A stretch of 64,000 nucleotides of DNA, taken from NCBI GenBank assembly GCA_964016885.1, contig OZ024758.1:18290001-18354000 (forward strand), read 5' to 3'. Of this stretch, positions 44,123 to 57,810 are shown one piece after another. The stretch comes from Eledone cirrhosa. Taxonomy: Eukaryota. A model generated the notes under the pieces. That model was not told the origin of the DNA. It made no database searches and saw only the letters and a list, made by a program, of their open reading frames with translations. Position 1 is the first letter of the stretch, and every line of letters begins with the position of its first letter. The position numbers and the translations under genes are program-made.

Positions 44123-46537
44123 CTAGCTAACAGGTTTAAAGTAGAAGAAAGAGCTTAATATTCGGTGCGGGCAAGAGGAAAAAATTTCAGACTTTCTATT
44201 TAGTAGAGGGCATTTAGCAAATATAATAGAGTGGGATTCGGCAAGGCACAGGTTGCATACTCTACTATGAGGAGTATATGGATGGCATTTAGCAACCTGC
44301 CGCCAAGTAAGTGTGTAAGGTGTTCGTGCATTTTTTAAAATATGGACGTACGCTGTCAAGGAGGTGGAGTTCTTCAGTTTATTATGTCTAAAAGTGCATT
44401 GATGAGAGTTAAACCTGGTCTTAAAGGGGGTGGAAGTTGATCCTATATAGGTCATAGTGGACGCCGTAGTTACCACATCACACGCATAAACTATGTTTCC
44501 AACAAGGCAGAAACCATTCAGGGGGCAGCCTGAAGCCCTTCTACAGTTACAACCTCTGGTGATGCTATTCTCAGAAAGATTACCACCAGTGTTACTGCCC
44601 ACTCCATCCACTACCGTGTTTTCCCCTAGGCTTAGGTTGTCCAGGCCTTCCTTTATTTTCTTATTATTAGTAATGGCCAGATGAGAGGCCAGATTTTGGG
44701 TTGTAGAATATGAAAGTTTAACAACATTCTTATTGAGGATAGAGTGGTACCTATTACCAGGAGGGAAGTTCCGTTCTAGCACAGAGAAGAAGGCACTAGG
44801 AATATTTGTAGCCACTTCAGAATTAAAAGGGGGGTTGAAGTATGTATTCAATCTTCTTCTATTCTTTTTATTCTTTCTATTTCCATCAGTATTATTAGCA
44901 TTATTATTTCTACGGTTCCTATGCTCACCTAGTCTATGCGGGGAGCTGCGAGGCCCACCATTGCTATTACTTAGACTAATGGTGCCCTGCTGGTTCATTC
45001 CATCGGCATGTAGAAACCTACCGTTCACGACACCTCTATTGTTATTACTTAGACTAATGGTGCCCTGCTGTTTCATTCCACCGGCATTTAGAACCCTCCC
45101 ATTCGCGACACCTCGATTACCAATGGACATATTATGTGTTATAACAACACTGGTAGAGCTACTATTAGGACCATTATTTCCCTGGGTGTAATACAAATTG
45201 TCCCTAAAGCCGGATCTAGCTAAGGCGTCGTTATAGTAATCAGCCTGCGAGTCAAACGCCTCCTCACTATGTGAGAGTGAACTTATTCTGTTAGATACGC
45301 CCTTCAGTATACCGCTGATGACAGACCTAGGGTGGTTGGAGTTGGTATTCACGTAAGTCAGCAATTCATTGGGCTTATGGTACGGTGTGTATGTATGGTT
45401 ATCCAAGTCCAGTGTAACATATATGAAGTTCACAGTTCTATCATTTACATCCATTGTAATGGATAGGTTAAAAGTTTTAAAAAAGCTATGCAGCTTTTTC
45501 CTAATGCGCTCTATATTATACTTACTAGTATCTATGGAGAGTAGGGCGTCATCTCGGTATAACCCACCCCTAAGGAAAGGGAAGTTACTATGCAGTTCAT
45601 TGAGGAGGTATAGTCCAACTAAGTCGGTGACCTGAGCAGAGTCACTCGACCCCATAGTGATGTCAAAATTATCCGGTGTGTTTTTTCTCGTCCATAGATT
45701 ATCCTCAAACATGATAATGGTTTTACGTGCAGCGAGAACAATATCTATCTGTGGCCTAGTAATTGCCCCCCTCCGCATGGCTAGGATGAGGGCCTTATTG
45801 AGGATAATAGGAGATATAGATGTATAATAAGCATCAATATCAAATTGGATGAATTTTAGTGAGTCACGACCACAATCAGTAGAGAACCATGTAATGACCT
45901 CACTAGTGTTACCCCAAAGCTCAAGGAAAGTTTTTTCTCTAACCAGGGGAATAACGCTATCCAAGATTCCCTTACTAATAATGCCCAGGTCAGACTTGGA
46001 GGGGCAGATTAGCCTAACCGAGGGTCTGCTAATAAAATCTTCCTTGTGGTCCTTGAGGGTGAATCTAGGCTGCTTGGGGTAATAAGGCTGAGTGTGTTTA
46101 TCCAGACCTAATTTTACCACTATGTTATACCCCTCCAGATTAATATTATCTAAATTACTCTGCGTTGTTTTTTTGTAGTTCCTATGTAGTTCATTATAAA
46201 TGAAGCCTCGATAGGTTTTATAATCCATACTATATAAGTTTTTAGTTTTGTCAGAGGGGACCAGAATGGATTTATTATCCCTAAAGTCCCTAACGATTGA
46301 ACTTAGTTTACTCTGAAATTTATTGGTACATCTAGATTTTTTATATCTAATATTCCTAACAAGGGATAATAGCTCACTTTCGAAGTTATCCAACAGGCTA
46401 TTATGCGGGGGGCTCCTATAGGTCTTAAATCCATAATTATTAAAACTCCGCCTCTCCTCAGGGCTATCATACCTCCTATCAAAGTGGAACGCACGCCACC
46501 GAACACGTTTTACGAATGAGTTTATGCTAGTTATCAA
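44123..46537 (-). CDS. PLE reverse transcriptase plus C-terminal GIY-YIG endonuclease (804 aa; true N-terminus truncated)
   Basis: RT motifs FTLKDHK, RLICP, QFDIDAYYTSI, ITMGS, LYRDD, YHKP, NSNHP; EN region CNCR..CPLNGFCL..NIVY...TYIGST..FKTRFNSH...CNLCLAE...LLNRKSE...CPHR. The track start is a TTG; the frame runs upstream (KISYEKTL) into the pLTR junction. Confidence 0.93.
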   Translation of the reverse strand: MITSINSFVKRVRWRAFHFDRRYDSPEERRSFNNYGFKTYRSPPHNSLLDNFESELLSLVRNIRYKKSRCTNKFQSKLSSIVRDFRDNKSILVPSDKTKNLYSMDYKTYRGFIYNELHRNYKKTTQSNLDNINLEGYNIVVKLGLDKHTQPYYPKQPRFTLKDHKEDFISRPSVRLICPSKSDLGIISKGILDSVIPLVREKTFLELWGNTSEVITWFSTDCGRDSLKFIQFDIDAYYTSISPIILNKALILAMRRGAITRPQIDIVLAARKTIIMFEDNLWTRKNTPDNFDITMGSSDSAQVTDLVGLYLLNELHSNFPFLRGGLYRDDALLSIDTSKYNIERIRKKLHSFFKTFNLSITMDVNDRTVNFIYVTLDLDNHTYTPYHKPNELLTYVNTNSNHPRSVISGILKGVSNRISSLSHSEEAFDSQADYYNDALARSGFRDNLYYTQGNNGPNSSSTSVVITHNMSIGNRGVANGRVLNAGGMKQQGTISLSNNNRGVVNGRFLHADGMNQQGTISLSNSNGGPRSSPHRLGEHRNRRNNNANNTDGNRKNKKNRRRLNTYFNPPFNSEVATNIPSAFFSVLERNFPPGNRYHSILNKNVVKLSYSTTQNLASHLAITNNKKIKEGLDNLSLGENTVVDGVGSNTGGNLSENSITRGCNCRRASGCPLNGFCLVGNIVYACDVVTTASTMTYIGSTSTPFKTRFNSHQCTFRHNKLKNSTSLTAYVHILKNARTPYTLTWRQVAKCHPYTPHSRVCNLCLAESHSIIFAKCPLLNRKSEIFSSCPHRILSSFFYFKPVS

Positions 46538-46676
46538 TGTTTTCTCATACGAGATTTTATTTTTATTTTTACTTTTATTTTTATTTTTATTTTTATTCTT
46601 ATCCTCTATCGTCTATTATTACCTTTCATTCTTCAATGTCTTGGATTTGTTATTGCTTGAATGGTATGTAATTAAC

Positions 46677-46734
46677 CTTTATGCTCTGATGAGTCCCACT
46701 TATAGTGCGGATGAAACAATGTTAGCAAGTAAAG
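46677..46734 (+). ncRNA. Type I hammerhead in the inverted 5' pLTR copy (antisense to the ORF)
   Basis: Reverse complement of 41786-41843. Confidence 0.85.
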
Positions 46735-46770
46735 ATGTGCATATGCTATAAGCGTTCTTTGTTATTTATT

Positions 46771-46896
<126 letters not shown>

Positions 46897-46944
46897 GCAT
46901 ATATTTATATACATATATAAATATATATATATATATATACATTA

Positions 46945-46993
<49 letters not shown>

Positions 46994-47302
46994 CATTTAT
47001 ATAAATATATATATATATATATATATAAATATATGTATATATAAATATATATATGTATATAAATATATATATATATGTATAAACAGCATTGTTGAAATAT
47101 AATGTGAGAAATTATCGTATTGCACTCACAACAATAAAAATAAAATACATCCACCACACTAATATACTCATAAATACATGCAAAGAACAGCGCATATATA
47201 GTCAGTAGGGGATTATTAATGATTGATAATGCATACATACTTGTAGATGAATATATAGAAATATGTATATCCATACAACCATTCACACACAGACGTGTGT
47301 GT

Positions 47303-47345
<43 letters not shown>

Positions 47346-47372
47346 TATATAAATATATATATATATATACAG

Positions 47373-47544
<172 letters not shown>

Positions 47545-47545
47545 C

Positions 47546-47576
<31 letters not shown>

Positions 47577-47626
47577 ACTTATATATATTTCGCATATGCA
47601 CATACACACACACATACACGCATATA

Positions 47627-47718
<92 letters not shown>

Positions 47719-47793
47719 TATAAATATATATATATATATATATATACACTTATATATATTTCGCACATGCACATACACACACACACACGCATA

Positions 47794-47857
<64 letters not shown>

Positions 47858-47897
47858 TGTGTGTGTGTGTGTATGTGCATATGCGAAATATATATAA

Positions 47898-47939
<42 letters not shown>

Positions 47940-47974
47940 GTATACACTTATATATATTTCGCATATATACATAT

Positions 47975-48051
<77 letters not shown>

Positions 48052-48085
48052 TCTATATACACATACACATATATACACACACACA

Positions 48086-48157
<72 letters not shown>

Positions 48158-48665
48158 CACACACAAATATATTTGTATGAATACTCAATAATTCGTGATA
48201 ACATATTTTTATAGTCGTATTGGGATTGGTTCATTGTTGTAGACATATTATTCAATAGTCTTTTGGTAATGAACTCATCTTGAAATATCCCAACTTATTT
48301 CTATATCTTTTTCAAAGTCTTTTACGGTATATTTTATTTGCTTTAATTAATTCTTTTAGTAGCGGCTTCTCCGACATAGATATATCAGTTGGAATTACTA
48401 ATATAGTAAATGTATTATTGTGATAATGAGTTACAAAATATTACTTTTGAGGCGAACCGTTAAAGTTCCGGCGTTCATTGTCATCGCCGCATTGAAACAC
48501 ATAATCATATTCTCTTCCTTTGTCTTACCCCTGCTTTTTTTATCTTTCTCCATCCCTCTCACACTTTGTCCCTTCGATGTACCCCCCTCTATTTATTTCG
48601 TTATGTATCTATTATAAAGTTAATGGGCTTAACATTGAGAATATTAAATAACTAGCTAATCCACT

Positions 48666-48735
<70 letters not shown>

Positions 48736-48821
48736 GAAAAATTGAACAGGGACAGAACAGAGAGGCAGTACAATAAATGTTTATTAAATTCACGCTCAGG
48801 AGAGTGGAGGGTAGGAGGGGG

Positions 48822-48853
48822 ACGACGTTTCGGGCATAAGCCCTTCTTCAGGT
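48822..48853 (-). ncRNA. Minimal PLE-type hammerhead in a (TA)n-flanked island (48733-48997)
   Basis: AC-CTGAAGA-A-GGGCttatGCCC-GAAA-CG-T-C-GT; stem I is only 2 bp. Confidence 0.65.
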
Positions 48854-48995
48854 GAGAAGTGTGTGGGAACAGAGTTCAAAAGGTGTGTAGGGGAGTGGTG
48901 GAGAGACATATAGCGAAAGGAAACGGTGCGAATGAAAAATTAACAAATAAAGACAAAAAATAATAAATAAAAATAAAGCATGATCAAAATACAAG

Positions 48996-49092
<97 letters not shown>

Positions 49093-49649
49093 AAATTAAG
49101 ATGAATTAAATGAATTTAATCTAAATCAAAATTATGGGTGTCATGCCAGAAAGGCATGCGCCATATCACCCGGAAAATAAGCTCCAAGATTCTAACGAGT
49201 AGATCCTAGCATTTTATAATAACTAGATAGATGAATAGATACAAAGATAGACATATGTAATGGTAAATGACACTATGTGTGGAAAACATCTGGAAGCAAA
49301 TAGTGCATTATTTGATCTCCATCATAGACTTGCACTTCATATAACATATCAAAGGCAATTATTTTGGAATGAATCCGTCCCCTAACAAACTAGTGACAGC
49401 AACCGGACATAGCAGTTCCGGAAAACTTACTAGAGTTATTTGGGTCAATCGAGAATGAGTACTTTAATGTTAACGGAACAACCAGCAAGCTTTATTAATT
49501 ACTTTGAACCTACACCTATATAGTTATGTATGTTTGTATATATATATATATATAGTAACATTACTTGTTTATACTAATAACACAAGGCCAGCAATTAACC
49601 AGTACATTACTGGTACATTATTTTATCTAACCCGTATATCTAAGTATCG

Positions 49650-49890
49650 TATTCCTGTCATCCTCAGGTTGCAACGTTTTTTGAAATATTCACTTCTGCG
49701 TTCACAGATTGACTTTGGTAGTTTCAGAAGATCCCGTTAAGGGTGAAAGCATCGATTCTTTGCTTACACTTTAATATGTTATTTTAATAAATATTTGCTC
49801 TACGGTTCTTATATATTTGATATATATTTATTATTTATCCTTATCGAGCACTCTTTGGATTTTAGTCATCAAATTTATTATTATTACTAT
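49650..49890 (+). mobile_element. 5'-truncated family A copy
   Basis: Matches about 29130-29362. Confidence 0.8.
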
Positions 49891-50022
49891 ATATATATAC
49901 ATATATATGTATATATATATATAGAGAGAGAGATATGTATATATATATATATATAATATATATATATATGTATATATATATATATTATATTTATATATGT
50001 ATATATATATGTATATATATAT

Positions 50023-50101
<79 letters not shown>

Positions 50102-50133
50102 CTGTTATTAGCAACATGACCCTCTGAAAGTAT

Positions 50134-50181
<48 letters not shown>

Positions 50182-50183
<2 letters not shown>

Positions 50184-50287
50184 CACGAGATTCTACAGGA
50201 CTACAACTGTTTCATTCTTTAGAAATCATCAGTATTGAGTACCTTACTTACTGTGGTTACGTCCGATTCAACCCGGAATAACTTACT

Positions 50288-50288
<1 letters not shown>
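50182..50288 (+). mobile_element. Family C copy with the direct arm deleted
   Basis: Inverted arm ending aaatcatcag is joined directly to the tail tattgagtacc...cccggaataac. Confidence 0.7.
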
Positions 50289-50338
<50 letters not shown>

Positions 50339-50345
50339 GTGTGTC

Positions 50346-50424
<79 letters not shown>

Positions 50425-50503
50425 CATAAATATATATATATGACATTGGAAAAGTAGAGAATAAAATGGTCAACAGTACAAGAAAGGAGATTTATTTGCA
50501 GTC

Positions 50504-50604
50504 AAACAATTGTTTCCCTGATAGAGTTGTCTAAAAATTGCTAAACACTAAAATCAGTGCCACTCAATTTTAAATAGGATGTTAACTCTACTAGATCATC
50601 GGAA
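50504..50604 (-). ncRNA. Degenerate hammerhead (CCGATGA) with long stem II
   Basis: CCGATGA-TCTAGTAGAGTT...AACTCTATCAGG-GAAA-CAATTG-T-T. Confidence 0.5.
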
Positions 50605-50608
50605 AATG

Positions 50609-50642
<34 letters not shown>

Positions 50643-50740
50643 GGGGTAACAAATTATTGTTATATGTAGTCAACTTAAGTGTAGTCCAGTTATGGTACTC
50701 CGGGTAATAGTAGATTAACGCTTGAAATAGCAGGAAGAGG

Positions 50741-50778
50741 GTCGTAACGTTTCGGATGCTATTCCTTCATCAGAAGAA
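50741..50778 (-). ncRNA. Minimal PLE-type hammerhead, family F
   Basis: CTGATGA-A-GGAatagcaTCC-GAAA-CG-T-T; stem I mutated in this copy. Confidence 0.6.
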
Positions 50779-51027
50779 AGAATGATAAATTCGATAGATT
50801 AAAGGGACGGACCGGGTGTACTTGGAAGAAATGTCTTTAGAGAAAAATAACAATATATATATATTATATATATATATATATATAATTGGTTATGCACGAG
50901 TGCATTAATGTTTTCCAGGACACACTGTTATGCACCGTGTAGTGGAATGTCAGCTTACAACAGAGTGGTGCTCAACGAAATGCAGAAAAAAGGTGTATAT
51001 TCCAGTTTAGCTACATTCCGGGGCGTG

Positions 51028-51139
51028 TATAAAGAATTAAAAAGAACAGAAAGATGCAGTAAAAGAGATTTTCTATTGAAACGTACGTAAGATCCGAATA
51101 AATCTCTTTTACTGCATCTTTCTGTTCTTTTTAATTCTT

Positions 51140-51143
<4 letters not shown>
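51028..51143. repeat. ~43-bp perfect inverted repeat with a hammerhead 3' half in the spacer
   Basis: tataaagaattaaaaagaacagaaagatgcagtaaaagagatt and its inverse; the spacer contains GAAA-CGTACG-T-A. Confidence 0.75.
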
Positions 51144-51177
<34 letters not shown>

Positions 51178-52162
51178 CAGATAGATAACATCCTGACCGC
51201 GTTGCCAAGTGGTTTGAGCAAATACATATCATTTTGTATATGTGCGATAGCACGCACAAGTTGTATTATATGTTAATAACATTTGCAGGTTGTTGCGTTT
51301 GTTTTACACACATAGTTTACTTGAGCTGAAATTATTTTTTTTCTGTTATCAATCTCGTTTGATATGCAAACCCCATGAATATATTTCCGTTACATTTGGA
51401 AATTCATAAAAAATATATTCTGTGTAACCGGGGCTTACAGGTGAGTAAACATATTCCATGTAAATTTCTAATATTTCTTTTCTATCAACATCCACACTGC
51501 TATAATTTGACAGAATATGCTCTTATTTTCGTAATCTGAGCTAATAATCAATCTTACACCTTAGACGTGGCTGCGCTTATAACAATAGTCTCATTAACGA
51601 ATAATGTGAAAAATACGGAATATCAAACAGCTAATTATTTATTATTTAGAGCAAAATGATGTGAATATATCAGCGGGAAATAGTATCATATGAAAAATGA
51701 AATAGATAAAGTTCTATACAGGGCTAATGCTACACATGTATGGAAACAAATTCAACAAATTCATCTCTTTTCATTTAGATCTGTGTTGGAAAATATGAAC
51801 GTTAGTTTAATATCTCTGAAATGTCATGCATTAGAGCAAAACGCTCGGCCAACACAGGTGAACTTAATATGCTACTATCGTTAAACTGTATATTAAGCTG
51901 GTAGATAATGACATAAGTAAACTCGGATATTTAATTGCATGTTTTCCAATTAGGTGGAATAAACTTCGCTTTCCTTCCCTCCCATGCTGATAAATTATGT
52001 ATCGTTCAAGTAATAAGGTCTGTTTAATATAATGTGCCTTCAATCAACATTCAACTCGTGGTGTCAATATTAGAAATACTTATTACGCTTTATATTGGCT
52101 TGAGACAAACATACAGTACAATATAATTGGGGGTTCAAATATTGATTTCTATCATTAATTGC

Positions 52163-52456
52163 TGAAGGCTCGTGGCTTAGGGGTTAGAGCGATGAGGCTA
52201 CAATCGTAAGGTTGTAAGTTCAAATCCCGGGGCGAGTGATGCATTGTGATCTTGAGAAAGACAATTTATTTCTCGTTGTTCCAATTCACTGGTGTCAGGC
52301 TATATCGGCCATTGTCTTTCCCTTGGACAATATCGGTGGCGTGGGGAGGAGAGACTGGAAGGAATGGGCGATTGCTGGTCTTCTATAAAGCACCTTGCTC
52401 AGGCGTGTGCCTTGGAGGGAAACTGTCTAGGGGTAAACCATGGTTTTCTTGACCAA
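52163..52456 (+). mobile_element. tRNA-derived CORE-type SINE (OR1-like)
   Basis: A box tggcttaggggttag, B box aagttcaaatccc, CORE-like segment; body shared with 10505-10823. Confidence 0.8.
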
Positions 52457-53503
52457 GTGTGTGTGTGGGGGGGGGGGGTAGTTGCGCTACGGATCGATAG
52501 GATATCCACGCCTTATATCTCTATTATGAAACATAGTCGTTCACAATCATAAGAATATAAACTATAAGTAACGCTGGCATACTAGATACATATATTCCAC
52601 GTGTAGAGAATATCAGAATGTTACACATATGAGGTTTTGTGATAAGACATAATAGGAATTAGAAAACAATTAGAGATTGAGTAATTCAATTCATGTAGTT
52701 ATAGGCAGTATTTAGCTTTCTAGTACAGTGGCCAAAAGAGCAACGCCTGAATGGAGAAGCTGGCCTTAGTCTCAGGAGCATGTAGGTAAATATAATTTTG
52801 ATAGGGTTCGGCTAGTATTGACCCAGACCATGTCTTGCTTAATAGCATCACTACTCTATAGGAGTATAATTTCAACGTTGATTGCCTCTGTGCTTTAAAA
52901 AGGTCAGACATCTTTCCTGATGAGGCTGAACGTCGCGTGAGGATTTTTTATGATACCTTGGATAAGCGATATATGAGATAAGTAAATGAATTGAAACATT
53001 GAGTAATTTAGAATTAGAATTATGAGGTGCTTAGGAAGTATATAATATACAACTATGTTTTAGCTGTACGTAAAAAAGCGACGCCTGTTGAAAACTAAGA
53101 TGTCATATACCTGTTGTATATCAGTGATAACATGCAGTGGAATAGGTTAATGATTTAGCCTTAGAGAGAGAACATTAAATTCATTGAATTCCAACATATA
53201 AACATGTCGTTTATGTGTTTGAAAGAATAGTAAATATTTAAAGATATTGGAGAATGTTGGAGGTATTGTATATAAGATATTTTTACTACATTCATCGATG
53301 CCTAAGAGTAATCAACTTAGAGGTAATTTTCTATTATCTATACATATTTTCTACGAACCAATAGAATAAAACACTCAATATATGAACTCGGTGTCAATTA
53401 TAGATTCTGTGTTTTTTTTTCATAATATCTCATTACGACATGAATTCCTTTCAGTTACATTTTATACACAATGCATTTCAGAATATCGTTATTGATAAAA
53501 TAT

Positions 53504-53538
<35 letters not shown>

Positions 53539-54226
53539 GTAATAATAATAAATGTGAAGAATAAAATCCAATATATATATTGAATAAACTTTCAAATTAA
53601 ATCTGTTGTGAATGAAACAAACACTGCAACAAATTCGATGCAAGGTAATAACAAATTATCTTCATGTAAATATTCTAACTAGGATAGACTCGTAAACAGG
53701 TTCGTACGATAGTAAATAATGAGGTAAGAGCTTCGTGAGATAAACATTCTATTGCCCATTTCTTGTTTGAAGTAGACAAAGAAAATCTCTTGCAATATAA
53801 ATGATCTTAAAGAAGAAGAATCGATAATATTAGTTTACTTTGTATCATCAATTTGGCATGCAATACTTTCCCGGAAGAAAAATGATGTGGTTGGAATACA
53901 GCAGATATTGAAGTCATAAAACCTATAAGAAAACCTCTAATATCAATTTTCATTATTGGCACAAGCGTATACAAGTAAGATTTGTAAACACATCTAGGTT
54001 GGTCTATTGACAGACACTGGGGAACCGGGATCATATACATTACGGTACATTATCACATCCTTTTACTGAAAATTACAGACTGTTTTACTCTCTGCTACCA
54101 CAGGGAGAAAACGATGACGTTAGTCATCTTGAATAGATGGCGTAATGAGCTTGTTTGCTTGTAAACGAACCGAATATTAATAATATTATTACAATATTAT
54201 TGTTATTCACTCGCAAATGCATTTAA

Positions 54227-54446
54227 CCCTTTAGCATTTAAAACGTCTGCATACGGCCCGAATTCTCTCACTTATTTCTGTTCAAACCGGCCATAACTGG
54301 CTGCTCTATTCATATTAAGTCATTTTTCTCAGAATAAATAATATCAAAATCTCGTAGATTCGATATTATGTGAGATAATTATCTGAAATATAGTGTTTAC
54401 CATGAAAATACATTAATAAATATAGAGTAATATAAATGATAAAGGG
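54227..54446. mobile_element. piggyBac-type MITE
   Basis: TTAA|CCCTTTAGCATTTA...TAAATGATAAAGGG|TTAA: TTAA TSD and CCC...GGG termini. Confidence 0.8.
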
Positions 54447-55681
54447 TTAAGTATCCGCCATGTTAGAGCGAAAATAAATTGTGTTCTTATTTTATATTTT
54501 TTAATTCAAAATTCAACGTAATAATTACAGAGAGTAATTTTGAATACGTCACAGTGACCGTCCGACTAAGTACCTTAGATTTCACCCCTATATACTAGAA
54601 CCGTCTGACAACCTTAGATATATTATGAGACAAAATATATTTAATATGATACCCCGTAATATCCAAGAACTATTTATATTTATTCAGCCTTGGAACCTAT
54701 GAAATGCTTATGAATTCTAAATTTGAAAACTTGCATACAGTGGCAAGGTGTAATACACGTTAGTATATATGTGCTACATTAAACATTTTCATATCCTCAT
54801 TTGAACTTGCTAGATATATATCCTGCAGCCACGACCATCATTCTCCTAACATTTTATAGTATCGTAAACAAACAGGCGACAGAAATGTCTACGCCAGCGA
54901 GAGAGGAAGTCATAACAGTTAGTTTGTGTTTATGTTTGAAAAGTGGCGTAAGTACTTATTAATTGGTCACCACTGAGTACTAACAAATGCCTAGTAATCG
55001 TTTAAAACCTATTAAAGAATTACCTCTACCATTCAAGTTTCACAGGTTATACCTCGCTGTGGATATATTATAGAGAAACCATCCTTTTGATTTTAAACTG
55101 TAGATATTCAAAATATACGTAGGAACACTGTTTGTTGATCAGTAACAATAAATATATTATTAAATTACATTCTCCCAATCTTATGTTTATTTACTTAATT
55201 TATCTGAAAAATTTAAGAATACTTCGAAAACCGTCTTAATGAAAAGCAATAAATGCTATTGTATCAGATTATTAAGTGGATATATTTATTGTGTTGCATA
55301 CATAATTACTTGAGTAATGTTTCTTTTGATTATAATTTAAAAGAGAGTGTAGTTTGTTATTTACGATCTTCCAGAATTTCCACCTGAATATTATCAAAGC
55401 ATACTAATGTTGGATATTATTAATAATAATCTGTGAATTGTTTAACAATTCTGAAAACAAATGAAACTGTGAACACTTAACTATGGCAGCATTCAATATC
55501 ATATAGCTTGCAGATGTTTAAATCACTGACAATATAGTGAAGTACTCGGAAGATTTAACACTTTAATTATATACATATATACATACATACACACACATAT
55601 ATATATAAACAGATATATATATATATGAGTGTATGTGTACATACACACATATATATATATGAGAGTATGTATGTATGTATG

Positions 55682-55789
<108 letters not shown>

Positions 55790-56659
55790 CATACATATAT
55801 ATATTCTAATCGTGTTCTAATTGTTATAGTGTATCTCACATTAATCAAGTCTACAGACGTCTGCTAATGGCAAAATATAACGTACGAGAAAAAATATTGC
55901 CAGCAAACAAATAGTAATTTTATATATATACATGATATAGAAATTAAACCAGTTGTTATTTTACCAAACATTCCTGGCATACTAGAAGGCAACACAACTG
56001 TTTCCACTCTGGGTATATATGTATACGACATTTAATTGATAGAAATATTAATGTACTTAACAGGGATATATACGTGGGTGTACAATACTTCACATACATA
56101 TCCAGATTCTAATTGACGAACGAGCGTTTCTAATAATAAAAGGAACATAATGTTTCTGGGAGGGAAATATATTTTACAATAATTTAATTAATTTAGTGAA
56201 AAAAAGATTGCAGCTGGATAAATTAGTTAAAAGTGCAAATATTTCCTATTCTGTTGTCTAATTTTGTCTATAACCAGAAGCAAGACAATTAGATCTACTG
56301 GGTCCGTTTAATTATCTAAAACATTAGTATGAGTAAGTAGAATGATGCTGCTGGGAACAGCTACAATTCATAATTAATTAGTAATTTGTTTAGATAGAAA
56401 TCATGAGTTCAAATCTTTGTATGTGATAGGGAAAAGGAATTGTTTAATGCATTCTATACGAAAGGTCATGTCAAAATAATTAACGGTCTTGTTTCGGCTT
56501 GGCATTATATCTGATTCCTGATTCTTATCATAGACTGCCTGCAGTCTGTTTCCCACAACATCCTACTGTGCGTCAAATTCACCACGCTCAATCTGTCATC
56601 AGCAAATAGAAGATTAAACAACGATAATGTCTTTATATTGTTCCAATATGTTTACTTAT

Positions 56660-57660
56660 GTATGTATGGTCTCGTAACTCCTGATATAGTCGTAGAGGCG
56701 CAGTATTGATATACGGCGTTTCTTGGCCATTTTAAGCCTGGGAGAACCCATCCCTCTCCAGGCCTGAGCACACCGGATTTCTTCGAGAGAAAGATAGAAA
56801 GTGAGAGAGAGGAAATGAGAAAGATACATAGAGGAAGAATACATCCCAGTCCTAGATGGTATGTATGTATGCATGCATGTATGTATGTATGTATGTTCTC
56901 TCTTTCTCTTAAATTTCGAGTATATTGTTGACCGGCCACCTTCCTGGTGGCAAGGTTGTAAAAGAAAAGAAATGGTCATCCCTTGAATCGCAAGAATGTT
57001 TTGCAAATGTTGAAGGTGTCAGCTATCGCAGCCATTTGTAGATTATGAATTAGGGAGCTGCGCTCTTTGTCCGCAAATCCAAGTTCAGATAAACATTGGT
57101 CCAAGCGGGTTGATATATAACCCGTAGCTCCAATAATGATGGGTCTGAAGCTAAAGGTGTATCTTGTATGTGTGCATGTATGCATGTATGTATGTATGTA
57201 TGTATGTATGTATGTATGTATGTATGTGTGTATGTATGTATGTGTGTATGGGCTCGTAACTCATGTTAGAATCGTACGGCAGGACTGAGGAGAGAGGATT
57301 TCTTCCAGAGACAGATGGAAAGAGAGAGAGAGGAAATGCGAAAGATATATAGCGGAAGAATCCATCCCAGTACTAGTTGGTATGTATGTATGTATGGTCT
57401 CTTAACTCATGTTAGACTGGTAGTGGTGCCGTATTGATATATGTCTTTCTTGGGCATCTTTAAACCTCGTAGAACCTACCTCTCTACAGTACTGAGAAGA
57501 GAGGATTTCTTCCAGAAAAAAACTAGAAAATAAGAGAGGGGAAATGTGAAAGAGATATACTAAATAATCTCTACAGTACTGAGAAGAGAGGATTACTTCC
57601 AGAAAAAAACTAGAAAGTAAGAGAGGGGAAATGTGAAAGAGATATACTAAATAATCTACC
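56660..57660. repeat. Degenerate tandem repeat (~150-200-bp units separated by (TATG)n)
   Basis: tatgg(t/g)ctc(g/t)taactc...ggatttcttc...gaggaaatg.gaaagata...atcccagt.ctag recurs at about 56665, 57248 and 57393; a further ~90-bp duplication at about 57483-57655. Confidence 0.7.
56896..57165 (-). mobile_element. 3' end of an R4/Dong-like RLE non-LTR retrotransposon inserted in (TATG)n
   Basis: Peptide FRPIIIGATGYI...LDQCLSELGF....LIHNLQMAAI..T.NICKTFL* plus a short 3' UTR; (TATG)n on both sides. Confidence 0.7.
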
Positions 57661-57664
57661 CACT

Positions 57665-57810
57665 AATAGACTGGTACTTTTTTATCGATCTTGCAAGGAT
57701 GAAAGGCAAAGTTGGCATCGGCGGGATTTGAACTCAGTGAGCAGAGAGCCGGAACAAACACTATAAAGCATTCTATCCGACGTTTTAACCACTGTGCCAA
57801 TTCGCTGCCC
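57665..57810 (-). mobile_element. tRNA-derived SINE (OR2-like variant)
   Basis: Core, B box and head recognisable. Confidence 0.75.

Noticed and set aside
44493-46082. Plus-strand ORFs overlapping the PLE
   Set aside because: Antisense shadows of the RT-EN frame.
52690-53150. Exon-like AG...GT segments and a CTGATGA at about 52917
   Set aside because: Stops in all three frames of the candidate exon; the CTGATGA lacks a paired stem II and GAAA.
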